A stretch of DNA of 64,000 nt, from assembly GCA_951406725.2 (NCBI GenBank), contig OX597815.1, positions 179,552,001 through 179,616,000 on the forward strand, given 5' to 3'. The notes below the pieces were generated by a model. That model was given only the letters and a program-made list of their open reading frames with translations. It searched no databases and had not been told where the DNA came from. Both the position numbers and the translations under genes were made by a program. Below are positions 1 through 14,066 of the stretch, in pieces (position 1 is the stretch's first letter; each line of letters begins with the position of its first letter). The DNA is from Octopus vulgaris (taxonomy: Eukaryota).

Positions 1-1391
1 CGAGTGATGCGTCAATATGTTTGTGAAATAATTTTCTTTCAAGCCGCTGAGAGTGACAAAACTAGCATTACGAGATTGGCAATTGTTTTCGGAGTCTCTC
101 TTTATGGAGTCATTGAATAAAGGTATTTGACGACGCCATACACTTGTAATGGCCTTCTGGGTAGCTCTGCACAGAATATTTTACCATCACTGGACACCTC
201 GTATTTGTATCTCCTCCACTCTCTATAAGTGACAAGCAGGCTGACCGACCATGCCCCTCAAGTTAGATCCTACCGTCTTAAGAAAGGACGTATTATTTAA
301 TCTTATCTTCAATTTAACTGGGACATCTTTAGTAATAGCTGGAATATCATTAACCAAAATCTACTTTAATCAAAATGAGAGCTGACCTGCGGCTAAACAA
401 AACAAGTCTTTAAGAAAAGAAAACAGAAAATTTTGTATAAAAAAATATGTTGTGAACATTTTATTCATTTCCATTGAAACAACCCTGGGTAACACTTCAG
501 TTGTAATATTTGAGACATCAATGATACTGATTAGTATAGCAATTACTACGATATAATTAACTTATAAAGTCGAGTTTTATACATTGTTTAGAAAGCAAAA
601 GTAGGATGCGGCGAAGTTAACCACATTTTCTGGCTTCTGACAGAAACAATTTAACTTTTTCATATACTACAAATATTTTACATAGATCAGATCTTCTGCT
701 ATAAATGGCAAATCTTTTGATATCAATTGTATAAAGATTAGACACCAATACACGGGAACACAATGAATTAAATTTTAAAGAGAACGATGTTTTAGACGTT
801 TATCTTTTCTGTCGATGTTTAAAAGTCACGAACGAAGGAATTCACCAGAGAATATATAAGGTTGCTGAGGCTTAATAACAGTTTTCTACTTTACATTTAA
901 ACTGAAAATCATTTCGATACATTAATATATTTGTAATAGCACATTCTATTAGCGCTTTAATATTCGTCTGACTGTTTTCGTTGTGGTGTTGTCTTGTTAT
1001 CGGAATACAACATGCAATGAAATACAACACACTAGCTATTACATATGGTTAAATCAGAAACGATAATTACATTCATTTGGAAAAGGTTAACCGAATCTTG
1101 CTGATATGGTTCTAAATTTCTGAAGGATCCCCATGGCTTATTAATGAATATTTGATTTCAAAACTTCAAACTAACTTTCTATTCTTTCGTATCCTAATGC
1201 ACTATACTTTGCACACAATGGTTTCTGACAGCCAGAACAAAGCGTATTCACCAAGAGAACGACGAAGCTTAGGTTAAAAGCCGATCATTACGTCACTACT
1301 CCAACAACTTATGGTTTTCGCAAGCTGCGATTTTGTGCAAATAATAATACACCTTACATGTTCACATAAATGAATATTACGTTACTGATAT

Positions 1392-1705
1392 GTGGAGGCG
1401 CAACGGCCCAGTGGTTAGGGTAGCGGACTCGCGGTCGTAGGATCGCATTTTAAATTCGCAGACCGAGCGTTGTGAGTGTTTATTGAGCGAAAACACCTAA
1501 AAGCTCCACGAGACTCTGGTAAGGGGTGGTGGCGATCCCTACTGTACTCTTTCGCCACAACTTTCTCTCACTCTTTCTTCTGTTGGCCTGCTCGTTTAGC
1601 CAGCGGGGTGGCGTCATTTGAAGGCTAAAACAATGTGAAGCGCATTGTGACCAGAGATGTGTAGCGACATCTGATAGCCTGGTCGGTCAGGGTGATCACG
1701 GTGAT
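1392..1705 (+). mobile_element. tRNA-derived SINE, family C, short RTE-type tail (C1)
   Basis: Head GGAGGCGCAACGGCCCAGTGGTTAGG (A box), homologous to 33875-34156. TSD GTTACTGATAT at 1381-1391 and 1706-1716. Confidence 0.9.
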
Positions 1706-1974
1706 GTTACTGATATATAATAATAGGATATACAAAGAAAGCGTATTCGGATATATAGACGTGATAAGAAGTAACGAATAAAATAGTAAGTTCGGAAATA
1801 ACGGAAAATAGAACGAACACTTATAGGTTTGGTGTTTGGTTGTATATTCACTAATTCTGGAGTTTAATGGTTCGATGTTTTCATATTTTCTTTTTTTATT
1901 TTGCATATTATATATTCATTTTTTGTCTGCTCAATTAGTTTTGTTCTGCAGGTGTTGCTAAACCTGTGAATGAC

Positions 1975-2372
1975 TTTTACCTTTCATTTGTCTCAGTCCT
2001 AAGACTGCCTGCGCACATGCTGGAGCACTACCTTGTAGAATTTGTAGTCGAAGGAATCGACCCTATTACTTATTGTTTAAATCTTGGTACTGATTTTACT
2101 GTCTCTTTTGCCGAACTGGTTAGTTACGGGGATGTAAACACACCACCACCGGTTGTCAAACCGTGGCGGTGGGGCACGAACAAACACACACACACACATA
2201 CACACATACACACGCTTACGCTGGGCCTCTTTCAGTTTCTCCCAATCATATCCATTCACAAAGTTTTGGTCAACTCGAGGCTATAATCAAAAACACTTGC
2301 TCAAGGTGTCCCGCGGTGGGACTGAACCTCGAATAATGTGGTTGGAAAGTAAGCTTCTTACCACACAACCAC
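1975..2372 (-). mobile_element. CORE-type tRNA-derived SINE, family A
   Basis: Reverse complement of the family A consensus: CORE-like CACCTTGAGCAAGTG, internal (TG)n, tail GCTCCAGCATG...GACTGAGACAA. Confidence 0.85.
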
Positions 2373-2639
2373 AAATTGACAATTTTGAATTCCTTCTCTG
2401 CTGAAAGGCCATTACCCTATATTCGAATCCTATTGCAGTTGATAACATGAAATATCAATCAAGTAATGCGGTCAATTTAATTGGCGAATCGCCGTCCCAT
2501 AAGCGGCCGAAATCTCTGGCCATGTATCGATATGAAAAACGGATTTTTATCGCCATCACCACAACACTACCATTACCATTCAGAAACACAAAAAGACCGC
2601 CAGAGTTACTTGAACATGTTTTTGGAATATGGTATACAC

Positions 2640-2880
2640 GGAATCAAAATTTTCGCCACACGAATCTGCAACCTGCTCAGTGATAAAAAAAAAATGTGCA
2701 GTATCACTTTTTTGTCAGTGATTGGGTAACAGTTTCGAACGACGAAAAGTTTGGCACCGAATTACAGATAAATAGTTTAAGTGATGTTAACGGTCTCTAG
2801 GTTTTCCAACGCTGCGATTGGTTTAGTTCCAGTACACGATCTTAGATCAAAGCAACTAAGATGCAATTACATCTCCAATA
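2640..2880. repeat. Diverged interspersed repeat (putative non-autonomous DNA element) with internal imperfect palindrome
   Basis: TTTTGTCAGTGA..GACGAAAA..ACGCTGC..ACACGATCT.AGATCAA..TACATCTCC shared with 41856-42056. Confidence 0.55.
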
Positions 2881-2917
2881 TATATATATATATATGTGTG
2901 TGTGTGTATATACTTAG

Positions 2918-2948
<31 letters not shown>

Positions 2949-2962
2949 TATACATACATATA

Positions 2963-3288
2963 TTTCCCAGACCGGCTGTTGGGAGTGTTTATAGAGCGAA
3001 ACACCTAAAGTTCCTCGAGGCTCCGGTAGTGGGTGGTAGGGAACCCTGCTGTACTCTTTTACCTCAACTTTCTCTCATTCTTTCTTCCTGTTTCTGTTGT
3101 ACCTGTATTTGAAAGGGGCCTGCCTTATCACACTCTGTGTCACGCTGAAACTACCCCGAGGACTACGTTAAGGATATACGTGTCTGCGGAGTGCTCAGCC
3201 AGTTGAACGTTAATTTCACGAGCAGGCTATTCCGTTGATCGAATTAACTGGAACCCTCGTCGTCGAAACCGACGGAGTGCCACGACGA
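2963..3288 (+). mobile_element. SINE family C, long tail (C2), 5'-truncated
   Basis: Matches 29974-30361 and 59359-59746 from the B box through GGAACCCTCGTCGTCG..CCGACGGAGTGC. Confidence 0.88.
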
Positions 3289-3339
3289 TATATGAATGTG
3301 TCAATATATGTGCGTGCGTGAGTGAACAACCTTTCAGAT

Positions 3340-3805
3340 ATCTTTCCGGTGAAAGAATCCTATACTTCCTGTACAAGTCCGTTTTCATTATGTATCCCGT
3401 ATGAACTATTGTAGAAGACAAACATTCTCCAATACAATCCTATGCTTATCAAGTCCTTTATTCCCTGGCGTCCTCTTCTCTTCGTGTAAGTTTATATCTT
3501 TTGCAATAATTCTTTGTACTTCTGAATCAGTTGATGAAGGATATGTTGCCTTTACGTTGGATTACCTTCATTGCTTGTTTATGGTCTTGTAATTTTGGAA
3601 TTGATATCGTCTGTGTATTTTTTTCAGTTTAATACGCATAACTGGTTTTTACTGGTTTGATTAGATAGCATTTGGTGATTTCTAATAGATATGCCTTGTG
3701 GTCTTTCAATATGGTTTATGATTGTTATCTCATTCTATCCAACCTTCTATTTGTAAAGTCAATTGCTAATCTGCGAGCTTTCCTGTTGAACTGTATAAAA
3801 ACTTT
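3340..3805 (-). pseudogene. Decayed Penelope-like reverse transcriptase fragment
   Basis: Minus strand reads ILKDHKAYLLEITKCYLIKPVKT, resembling the PLE RT motif LKDHK...RLINPAK. A GLYRDD-like remnant lies near 3375. Frameshifted. Confidence 0.55.
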
Positions 3806-3917
3806 TGAAGTTGTATTTCTATGCACACACATTCATAACAGCCGTCACAATACATAAATATATATTGTTATATATATACATATATACGTATATATATATA
3901 TATACATATATATATGA

Positions 3918-3922
3918 TAATG

Positions 3923-3995
<73 letters not shown>

Positions 3996-4003
3996 CAACA
4001 ACA
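3918..4003. repeat. (AAT)n/(AAC)n microsatellite
   Basis: Direct inspection. Confidence 0.98.
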
Positions 4004-4559
4004 AATGTCCTGATGTAGTACCAGACAGTGGCTCTCATGGCTTCTGATCTTAACTGATTAGAAGTGTTATCATGTACATTGTTTTGTCGTGGTATAAAAG
4101 ATGGGCTACAGCAAATATTCTGCTCAATACCACAGATTTGCTTGTCAGTTGTTTGACCTTAACCAGTTGAGCATGTCCCTTAGTGGCTGACGATATATGC
4201 ATCTCTGATCACGAGCAGAAGTAGTGGGAGAGCATCTTAGCCATGTGTTAAGAGGAATTTGTAGTTTGGATAATTCACTTCAGGAAACATGGGTGTTTTG
4301 TTCAACATCTTTAAACAACCCTTATTCAGGGACATTTTGAGCGGGATGGGCTACTCGACGTGAAGAAAATTTTTACTGGGCCCCCACCTGCGAGGTCAGG
4401 CGCAATTTATCTTGAAATGAGGTCACTACGTTGCGCACATATGGTTGTGATGCACGTGCCTGGTGTACCCTTATCAGACGAGTAGTCATGATGGGTATAC
4501 TGGGCTTCGTATATTTCACCCCAGTGTTACTTTGATGGCATGCACTGCTCTCTCACTCA
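4004..4559 (+). mobile_element. Non-coding interspersed element embedded in an (AAT)n tract (probable 3' portion of a TAA-targeting retroelement)
   Basis: About 555 bp of higher-GC, ORF-less sequence flanked on both sides by AAT repeats (3918-4003 and 4559-4579). Confidence 0.55.
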
Positions 4560-4699
4560 ATAATAATAATATAATAATATGCCTGTCTCTGTTTCTCTTG
4601 TTTACTCTTGTGGATTCAAGAGAGACAGAGACATGCTGAATCAAGAAAAATGCCCCTTGTATTTGAATACTATGCAGATATTCTTTTAAAAAACTTTTC

Positions 4700-4850
4700 A
4701 TTTAATTTTTTTCAAATTTTAATTGCTTCTGATGCTTACAGTTGAAGAAAGCTCAATGACTGAAACCGGCACTGAAATGCTTTTTTATTTTAGCATTTTC
4801 TACCTTGACTTTTTACCATGTATATATCGTGTGTTCTTTTTCAACCTTCT
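4700..4850 (+). repeat. Decayed PLE-type terminal repeat with degenerate hammerhead
   Basis: CAG-TTGAAGA-aagctcaatgact-GAAAC-CG-GCA-CTG keeps the type-I hammerhead order with mutated core and cleavage site. Confidence 0.4.
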
Positions 4851-4875
4851 ACACACACACACACACATAGGTATA

Positions 4876-6101
4876 GAGAGGTTGGACAAAATAATGGAAA
4901 CACCTTAAAATTTCAAGCAAATTTCTTTTAATATAGTGTAGGACCGCCTTTGGCAGTAATTACACCTTGAGTTCAACGAGGTATGGACTCGTAAAAAGTT
5001 TGAATTGTTTCCAAAGGAACTTTTGTCCGTCCTTCAGCTAAAACAATCTCTAGTTCATGTAGTGACCATGGTGGAGGATATCGACTCCTTACTTTTCTAA
5101 AATGCACCATAAATGTTCAATAATATTGAGATCTGGTGGCCAGATAAGATGTTCAACTTCACTAGAATGTTCCTTGTGGCATTCAGTAAAAACTGTAACT
5201 GCGTGAATTGGTGCATAATCACCCTGAAAGATTGCGTTTCCCTCTGGAAACAGTTCCGCAACCATAGGATGGAGTTGATCAGATAAAATGCTTAAATAGT
5301 CTTGACTATTAATTCTGCCATGAGGGGAAGCCATTGGCGGATTTCCAAGATATAGCCCACCGGATCATCCCAGATTCTCCTCCATGTTTAACAGTTTGAA
5401 GAGGGCAATCTGGGTCAAATGCATTTTATGGTTGTTCCCACGCGTATACTCGGCCGGTGGCCGGAAATAAGGTAAAGGATGACTCGTCCGAGAAAATAAC
5501 GTTCTTCCGCTGCTCTAGGGACCAATTCTGTAGGTTTTTACTCCACTCTAAATGCTTTGCAACATTTGTTTTTGAAAGTAGTGTTTTTCTTTGTTCAGCT
5601 CCCGGCGAACAGTTTTTGTGGAAACTGTGTTCTCGAAGTGGTCATTAAGATCTGCTGTAATTTTGGGAGCTGTACTTTGGTGATCCTTTCTAACAATTCG
5701 CGTAAGAGTCCGACGGTCCCTATCTGTAAGTTTTGGTTTTCTTCCGGAGTTTTGTTTCGACGAGGAGGTTTTTCCCTCTTTCTGAAAGGCTGTCGTTACT
5801 TTCGAGACAGTACTTCTTGATACACCAAATATTTCAGCTGTTTTCGTTACGCTAACGCCTGCCATACGAGCACCAACAATTTGATGTCTTTGAAAGTCCG
5901 ATAGATCTGTCATTTTAATGAATTTTAATTACTTTTTCTGATGTCATCTGAAAAGAAACAGCAATTTTAGCAAAACATATTGAGCAACACTAATAATAAA
6001 TTTTAAAAAATAATAATAAACAAGCTTTTCATGGTTTTATTGATATTTCAAAATTATGATGCTATGATGCTAGGTGTTTCCATTATTTTGTTCAACCCCT
6101 G
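4876..6101 (-). mobile_element. Tc1-like DNA transposon (DD34E-type), full length but defective
   Basis: TIRs GAGAGGTTGGACAAAATAATGGAAACACCT / AGGTGTTTCCATTATTTTGTTCAACCCCTG with TA flanks; encloses a frameshifted transposase. Confidence 0.95.
4930..5913 (-). pseudogene. Tc1 transposase pseudogene
   Basis: N-terminal HTH MTDLSDFQRHQIVGAR...GRKPKLTDRDRR, then FSDES, FQGDYAPIH and PPDLNIIEHLW in different frames. Confidence 0.92.
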
Positions 6102-6114
6102 TATATGCAAACAC

Positions 6115-6115
6115 A

Positions 6116-6201
<86 letters not shown>

Positions 6202-6215
6202 AATATGTACCTATA

Positions 6216-6285
<70 letters not shown>

Positions 6286-6312
6286 TGTGTGTGTGTGTGT
6301 GTGTGTTTGTGT
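6115..6312. repeat. Compound (TATC)n/(TA)n/(TG)n microsatellite
   Basis: Direct inspection. Confidence 0.98.
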
Positions 6313-6774
6313 CTGTAATCGTTGTTGTTTATATAGCATTCGCTAATTGAATCGTTGCAACTAATAAACATGGTGATCGACACCATAATGATTCGGTATA
6401 AAACCAAACTTACCCACATACATTAAACCCAATTAATTTACTATTTATAATTAATGCCAATTATATGCTCTCTATCTAAAAACAAAACAACAATTCCTTT
6501 AATTAACCTGCTACATTAATATAACTCCTTCCCGGATATGTTTTTTTTACCTTTGACCAACACTAAGAATAGCACATATATCCACATATACTTTGAAGCA
6601 CATACACACACACACACACACACACGCACACACATCCGCATCTCATTGTTGCTTGCAACTAGATTTTTTTTCCCAATGCTATCTTAACGATCTGACTAAC
6701 AAGCTATGTTTAATTTGAATTTATTAATCAGTCTATTTTGTCGTAAATAACATCTATTTTAGTAGAGTCTACAG

Positions 6775-7098
6775 CAGGTGTTCTTCGATTACTATTTTAT
6801 TCAAATGGACCCCCATAGCCATTCAATGTTTAAAAACTAGTCTTATAGAAACTTCTTTCAAAATTCCTATTTTGTTTTTCACACATTAACTTGTGTAGAT
6901 TGAGTTATGTAAAATGTTAGAGAAAGAAACCTGGCTGTTTCTTGCAATACATAACCAATACATACATCGAAAATAAAATTTTTTCAGGCGCCCTTAAATT
7001 ACTATTGTGGACCCCTCAATTTACAATTTTGTTGCGGGAACCCCCAAAATATTATATGGACCCTCAGGGGCCATATGATCCCCGGTTGAGAATCACTG
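6775..7098. mobile_element. hAT (Charlie-like) MITE
   Basis: Ends CAGGTGTTCTTCGA / GGTTGAGAATCACTG, GGACCCC subterminal motifs, degenerate 8-bp TSD GTCTACAG/GCCAACAG. Confidence 0.7.
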
Positions 7099-7484
7099 GC
7101 CAACAGTTTTGTAATAGAACTTAAACGTAACAAAATCCAACTACTGCTACCTGTGCCCGTTGCGAATATCTTATCATTTATTAAACTGATTTAATTCACT
7201 GCGTGAACCTAGCTCTGAATACTAACCTCCACTTTTAAAATGGCGTTAGCAAAATAGACATGTAATACATTAAAAAATCTGAGCCTGCTACAGTATTCCT
7301 TTGAAGTGGAACCAAAATAAATCTAAACCTGTCTTTCACCTATTTTTGACCAATATTAAAATAAAATACACTCACACACACACACACAGCTACACGCACA
7401 CACACGCATATATGCTTTATGACGTATTTCTCCATGACTCATGACTCCTATTAGATTTCACAGTTAATAACAAATAGTAAAGAG

Positions 7485-9062
7485 TCCCTCCTTGCAATCC
7501 TGCAATTCGACCAAAAGAAATGTTCATATTTGGTTATAGAACGAGGAACGTCAGTCCCCCAAACCCAAAACCTGTGCATCAACGGTCTCTCCATCTCCCC
7601 CATTCCACACAAAGAATGTTACAAGTACCTAGGCATAGACGAAAATGTATCTTATGAAGGTACCGTGAATAAAAATAGAGTGACCCGAGAATATTACACC
7701 AGACTTAGAAAAATATGGCAGTCGAAACTCTCCTCTTACAACAAAACTATATCCCACAATGCATTTGCACTACCAGTGCTGATCCCAACGTCTGGGATAC
7801 TTCATTGGTCTGTAGAAGAAATTCACTCCTTAGTTATCAAAACCCACAAAATCCTGACAACAACTGGGAACTTCCACAGAAACAGTGACGTTGACAGGCT
7901 CTACCTAAGAAGAAATGAAGGTGGTAGAGGCCTGAGATCAGTGCAGGCGGCCTTTGAATGCCGTATGGTATCGCTCAGGCAGCTTCTGCTAAGCAACAGT
8001 AGCAAAAATAAATATATAACTACAGTGCTGAAAAGTGAAGTGAACAACATTGTACCACTTTGTAGTGAACTCCTCAAGAAACACTCTCTTCCTGAGTATC
8101 TCCTATACAGCCCCAAAACAGCTGGGGTCTCTTATCCCAGACAAGACCTGTGTGGAAAATACTCAGCATAGAAAAAAAGACTATACATGGGTCTGTTGCC
8201 CGGAAGCTTGAAGAAAACAGTAGAATTAACACCAAGCGCAGCATCTCTTAGACACAAGACCACTACATCACATCACACTTTGAAGGCTATGCGTTTGCAA
8301 TCCAGGAACAGAAGATTGCCACAAAGTACCTGGTGAACAAGAGAGATTGTGACGTTCTTGCAATCAAAGGTGCAACCGCAGGTTTAGGTTATGTGATGTT
8401 TCTGTGGAAGACATCGTGTATTTGATCAGCAGCTGTCCTAAAATGTCGTCACGGTATTACCTCTCTATGAAACACGATGTCGTTGCTAAAACAATTTACA
8501 ATGCCATCCGCGAAGAAGAAATAAACGTAGAAAATCCCTCTTTTATGGAATACATTCATAAACATCAACTCAAGAAATACTGGTAGAATATCAAAACGTC
8601 TGTCAAATGTAGGCATAACAGGCCGGATATTGTAGTTTGGGACAGAGGGGTAAAGATATGTACCATCGTAGAAGTTAGTTGCCCTGCGGATAAAAATATC
8701 TCTTTGAAAATCAAAGAAAAAGAGGCTATCTATGGATAACTGTTTCGAAACCTCCAGCTTCTATATCCAGACTATGAATTCATATTTATACCAATAATAA
8801 TTGGAACTAGGTTTTGTTAGTAAATGCTTAAAGTAGAATCTGGATAGACTGGGATTTTCAGAAAGAAAAACTACCCGGCTGATTCGTACATTACAAGCCC
8901 AATTTGGGAGTGGAGCAGTAAAAATATGCAAGACTTTTCTCAAGTTCCAAATATGAATTTGCCTGTGTTAACCACATCCCAAAGATGGAGCCTTGTATCT
9001 TTGTTGGAAACTGGCTCCCACCTCAGTGGAAGATTTATGATAATTAAAAAAATAGAAGAGAA
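7485..9062 (+). mobile_element. R4/Dong-like non-LTR retrotransposon (RLE endonuclease), 5'-truncated, defective
   Basis: YKYLG, RLYLRRNEGGRGL, SSCPK zinc-finger remnant, KHDVVAK, HNRPDIVVWD and IVEVSCPAD (PD..D/E RLE), KICKTFLKF stop, then a 3'UTR ending at (ACAT)n. Confidence 0.92.
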
Positions 9063-9198
9063 ACATACATACATACATACATACATACATACATACATAC
9101 ATACATACATGCATGCATGCACACATACATACACACATACATACATACATACATACATACATACATACATACATACATACATACATACATACATACAT
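9063..9198. repeat. (ACAT)n microsatellite
   Basis: Direct inspection. Confidence 0.98.
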
Positions 9199-9199
9199 A

Positions 9200-9592
9200 A
9201 AATATCCCGTTGTTGATGTTGAAATTGCTAGAAACGCAGAAGGACAAAAAGCAAGACTTGTCAAAAGGTGGATTAACCTACTGTAGGTTAACGACAAATC
9301 TAGCAATAGCGCAGACCCTCTGAAATTCCGGGTTGGTGGTGTGTGGCGTGCTGGAAGATCACTGGCAGGTGAGGCGCCACTCAGAGTTTTGTTAAAGCAT
9401 GTCTCTAGGAGGAAATCACTCTGATGTAAAACGAGATACGCAGAAAAAAAACCATGTGAACATTTTTGGGATTTTTTGCTTGGACTTGAAGACAAGGTGC
9501 ACACACACCTTGGAGCCTGCGACCTGTATCGTCACTAAGTATCTTGCTTCGGCTGGATTGTGGCAGCCTCTGGAACAAGCTTTGTTGGACCT
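9200..9592 (-). repeat. Old interspersed repeat, probable LINE 3' fragment
   Basis: Homologous to 28380-28730 (TCTAGCAATAG..GACCCTC.GAAATTCCG.GTTG; TTTTGTTAAAGC; ACTCTGAT.TAAAAC). Strand is tentative. Confidence 0.55.
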
Positions 9593-9595
9593 AAA

Positions 9596-9800
9596 TAAGC
9601 TGGCAGAAATTGGTAGCACGCCGAACGGAATGATTAGCGGCATTTCGCCCATCTTTACGTTCTGAGTTCAAATTCCGCCGAGGTCGACTTTGCTTTTCGT
9701 CCTTTCGGGGTCAATGAAGTAAGAGCCAATCAAGCACTGAGGTCGATGTAATCGACTTAAGAGAGATTTCCTGCCTTCTGCCAATAATAGAAAGGATTAT
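9596..9800 (+). mobile_element. SINE family B (Meta-domain-like tRNA-derived SINE)
   Basis: GTTCTGAGTTCAAATTCCGCCGAGGTCGACTTTGC..TCCTTTCGGGGTC core. Confidence 0.85.
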
Positions 9801-10884
9801 TTATAGCGTTATGGGAGATTCAAAATTCTAAAACAGAATTAAACGCACGTCGCACGCGAGCACACAAAAATATATGCAAATATAGATACACACACACATA
9901 TATATATATATCATATGTAAGTATTATCCTTGTGCGCCGTGTGCATATGTGTGTTTCCTTTTGAATTGTTGCGGTAGACGGTTGATGAGTAGCCGTGTGT
10001 TGAAAGAGATATTGCTGTGTTCTGGCATTAAAAGCAGACATACAGGTTGTAGTTCACATTTTAATTGATTAATTAACTGAATAATAAAGTGTTTCGCACA
10101 AACATTGACCCATAGCTGTCCACTAAGAATATGTAGATATTCTAGTAAATGTGTCCATTTCCGAGTATGTCTCTATTGTTGTGTTGTGTCTGTAGTTTTG
10201 TGCAGTAGTAATTGGTGAAGCCTCTTGATGCGTACGTTCGCACGTGTCTTTTTATTTCAGTTATGTACAGACACACAGAAGTACACACAGACACAGGCAA
10301 ACACACGCGCACACAGGCACAGAGACACAAACACACACACACACACACACACAAACACATATACAGAAACTGACACATACACAGAGTCACACACACACAC
10401 ATAGACGCTTAATATATACCCGGGTTTCTCTTTCGAAGCTGTTCTGGTGATTTTCCTCCTCTTCCTTCCTCTACGTCTACTCGCCATTCATATCGCAGCA
10501 GAAGCAGTGTTCAAAATGTCATAATCTACCCTTTCCAACACCAAGCAAACAATTCTGTCTTGAATATATGCTGCCTGGAAGTTTCTGTTATCTTCTCCCT
10601 CCATCTATATCTTTCTCATCCACCGCACACATACACATACGCGCGCGAACGAACACACTCACACACTTTCATTGTAATTTACACGGCAATTGGCTGGTTG
10701 TTGGGGGATTAATTTCCAATATAATATATTCTACTTTTTACGGCACAGAACATTGCCAAAGAATTAGACTTACTGCTATGAATATGTTACTGTATATTAG
10801 TTTCTCTGCATTGGGGAATTAATCTGACATCACGGTCACTTTTTATGTTGGTATTGGTTCATTTTATGATGTTGCCATTGTAAT

Positions 10885-11330
10885 ATGATTTTAATTATTT
10901 AAATTCCTGCTCAGAAGAAGCAACTGGTTTCTAACAAAACTCCGCCGCCGGAAAGTAGATAAGGAAAACAATTTAGCATTTTAAACTTCAGAAAAGTCTT
11001 GGATATTTTCACTGTTCGACTTACAAATTCTATTTGTAAAGTGCGAGTTGGTTGATTTCTTTTTCTGTAAATCTTCTCTTATCCAAAGTGCTTCTTGGAC
11101 AAAAACTCATAAAACCAAATGCATCAATTATTGTCAGTATAAATGTAAATTTGTAATCTGGATATAGAAGCTAGAGACTTCGAAGCAGATGTCCATAGTA
11201 ATCCTCTTTCTTTCTGATTTTCAAAGAGGAATTCAACATATTTTCGCAATAAACGACAAGGTTGTACAAATGAAATGCAAGTACAATATTTTCAATGATT
11301 TCCATCAACAGTTTCGCAAGAATACACACA
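10885..11330 (-). mobile_element. R4/Dong-like RLE 3' fragment
   Basis: Minus strand KEDYYGHLLRSL*LLYPDYKFTFILTII is homologous to 8720-8810 (LLYPDYEFIFIPIII), with a similar 3'UTR. Confidence 0.8.
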
Positions 11331-11936
11331 AACACACACACACACACAGATGATCTCATAAGTCTTTCCATGTTGGTAGAGTTATAAAATAAATTCAATC
11401 ACAACATTATATGTATACAGAGAGATAACGATTTGGCCGTAATTACGGACGTTGTGCCATCGTTGTAGAAAGGAACTTATTGACATATTCGACCAGCTAA
11501 GCCTGAAAAACATTATTTAGATTTCTTGGACGTCACCATTTTATAAAATACTTTTATAAAACTTATAACAAAACTAATATCGAATATAACCATCCATGTA
11601 GAATCCTAAAGATATTGGTGAAGGCCACTAATGGTAGTATCTCCAGCCTCTCTTTCAGCAGAAGGGTCTTTTATAGAGCAGCACACTATTGTAACAGTGG
11701 CTTAGCAAAACGCAGTTACATAAATAGGATTAGTTTAGTGTTACATCTACAAATCCCTGACATAGAATTAGACTCCGGAATACGATGTGGTGCACCCCAC
11801 TTTTCCTCTTGAAATAAATCACTAGTATAGGAAGAATGGTCTTTAAATTCATTGGTAAGCATATCTGAATCCAGCATCTGTATAAGAACATATCTATTAA
11901 AATAGCGTGAAAGTTACGTAAAGTAATGCTACTAAT

Positions 11937-12356
11937 GGCGTAGGTGTGGCTATGTGGTAAGTAGCTTGCTTACGAACCACAATATTCCGGGTTCATTCCC
12001 ACTGCGTGGCACCTTGGGCAAGTGTCTTTTACTATAGCCTCGGGCCGATCAAAGCCTTGTGAGTAGATTTGGTAAATGGAAACTGAAAGAAGCCCGTCGT
12101 ATATATGTATATGTGTATGTATGTGTGTGTATATGTTTTTGTGTCTGTGTTTGTTCCCCCAACGTCGCTTGACAACCGATGCTGGTGTGTTTACGTCCCC
12201 GTAACTTAGCGGTTCGGCAAAAGAGACAGATAGAATACGTACTAGGCTTACAAAAAATAAGTCCTGGGGTCGATTTGCTCGACCAAAGGCGGTGCTCCAA
12301 TATGGCCACAGTCACATGACTGAAGCAAATAAAAGAATAAAAGGGTAAAAGAGTAA
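11937..12356 (+). mobile_element. SINE family A (CORE-type)
   Basis: Full length: GGCGTAGGTGTGGCTATGTGG head, GGCACCTTGGGCAAGTGTC core, AAAAGAGTA tail. Confidence 0.92.
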
Positions 12357-12730
12357 GCAAAGTAGAGGTATTCACAGTTGAGGCGCGTATACGCAGGGGT
12401 AAGAAATGATGCCCAGTGAGCCAAACATATAATTTAGATGCTCTGATATACAAGTTCAAACCGAGCTGCATCATCGCGTCTGCGAGAACTGGGATGGAAC
12501 TCGGAGAGGAAGATTCAAGCGACGTGATATGAACTCCACATTTTATTCGGAGAAAGAGATTGGCTACGCATTATTAAAATATATATGACAACATAATGCC
12601 AACAATAATGAACACAACATTAAATGGACAATATCAGAATGGAGCACTTCAACAGAAGAGAAAAAGTTCAACCGATCCTTAATGGAACCAGAAGATGAAA
12701 ATACACACACACGCACACATACACACACAT

Positions 12731-12761
<31 letters not shown>

Positions 12762-13446
12762 TTTTCAAAATTCTCAGAATCTTCCTGCATTATGTCAATC
12801 TAAAATTATTTATTTTCTTGTAGAAGACCAAAAATTAAAGACGTCTTACCTTGAGCATACCAACAATTTCAGGCATACTTTACGTAACCCTTTTTCATTC
12901 TCCATTTCTTTCTTAGTTTTTAAGACAGTAAATTATAATTTCTGAGAGGCTTGTCTGGTAAACCGAATCTATTGACAGACGATATAGTGGCTGTGTTCGT
13001 TTATTGGCTCCAATATTCGAAATTCTGTCTTGATAACCTATTCCATTATCTGGTATATTTTTTGCTTTTGATGAGCAGATAAAGGTTTCGGCAGTGTAAT
13101 GAAGTTTAAGCAAAGCAAAATAAAAGCAAACATCAAGAAGGATTTTCTTTCTCCGCTGCTGGTTTCATGACTGAGATTGAACTAATAGTTAATCTATATT
13201 CAGTATGAGAAGCTAAGCTTAATATAATGGTATGTAAATAATAATATAATAACATATATAATACGATGCGAATATAATGATAAATGGATACGGTAAATGT
13301 GATTGAATGAGATTTCTTTGCATACTTGCATTCTTTTGTATGGACATATATAAAGGCATGCTTGTGTGTGCGTTTGCAAAAAGGAACCTGGATGTCAAAA
13401 ATGCTTCGTAGTCATATTTTTAGGAGTAAAATATTACAATATAATT

Positions 13447-13495
<49 letters not shown>

Positions 13496-13620
13496 TAATG
13501 ATATTTTTATGTTTAATTATAATAAAAAAACAAGTTTACATTAATCTGATGGTTACTCTATAATTTTGTTGAGTATTATTGACAGTGATTCAATCATATA
13601 TATATATGTATATATATATC

Positions 13621-14066
<446 letters not shown>

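Noticed and set aside
7530-8171. 213-aa ORF as a host CDS
   Set aside because: Internal piece of a truncated, stop-riddled retrotransposon ORF.
10400-10487. Basic protamine-like N-terminus MASRRRGRKRRK
   Set aside because: Arises from a purine-rich low-complexity stretch that runs into (TG)n; no other support.
11018-11280. Apparent minus-strand exon with GTAAGT donor
   Set aside because: Explained as a Dong-like RLE fragment homologous to 8700-8950.
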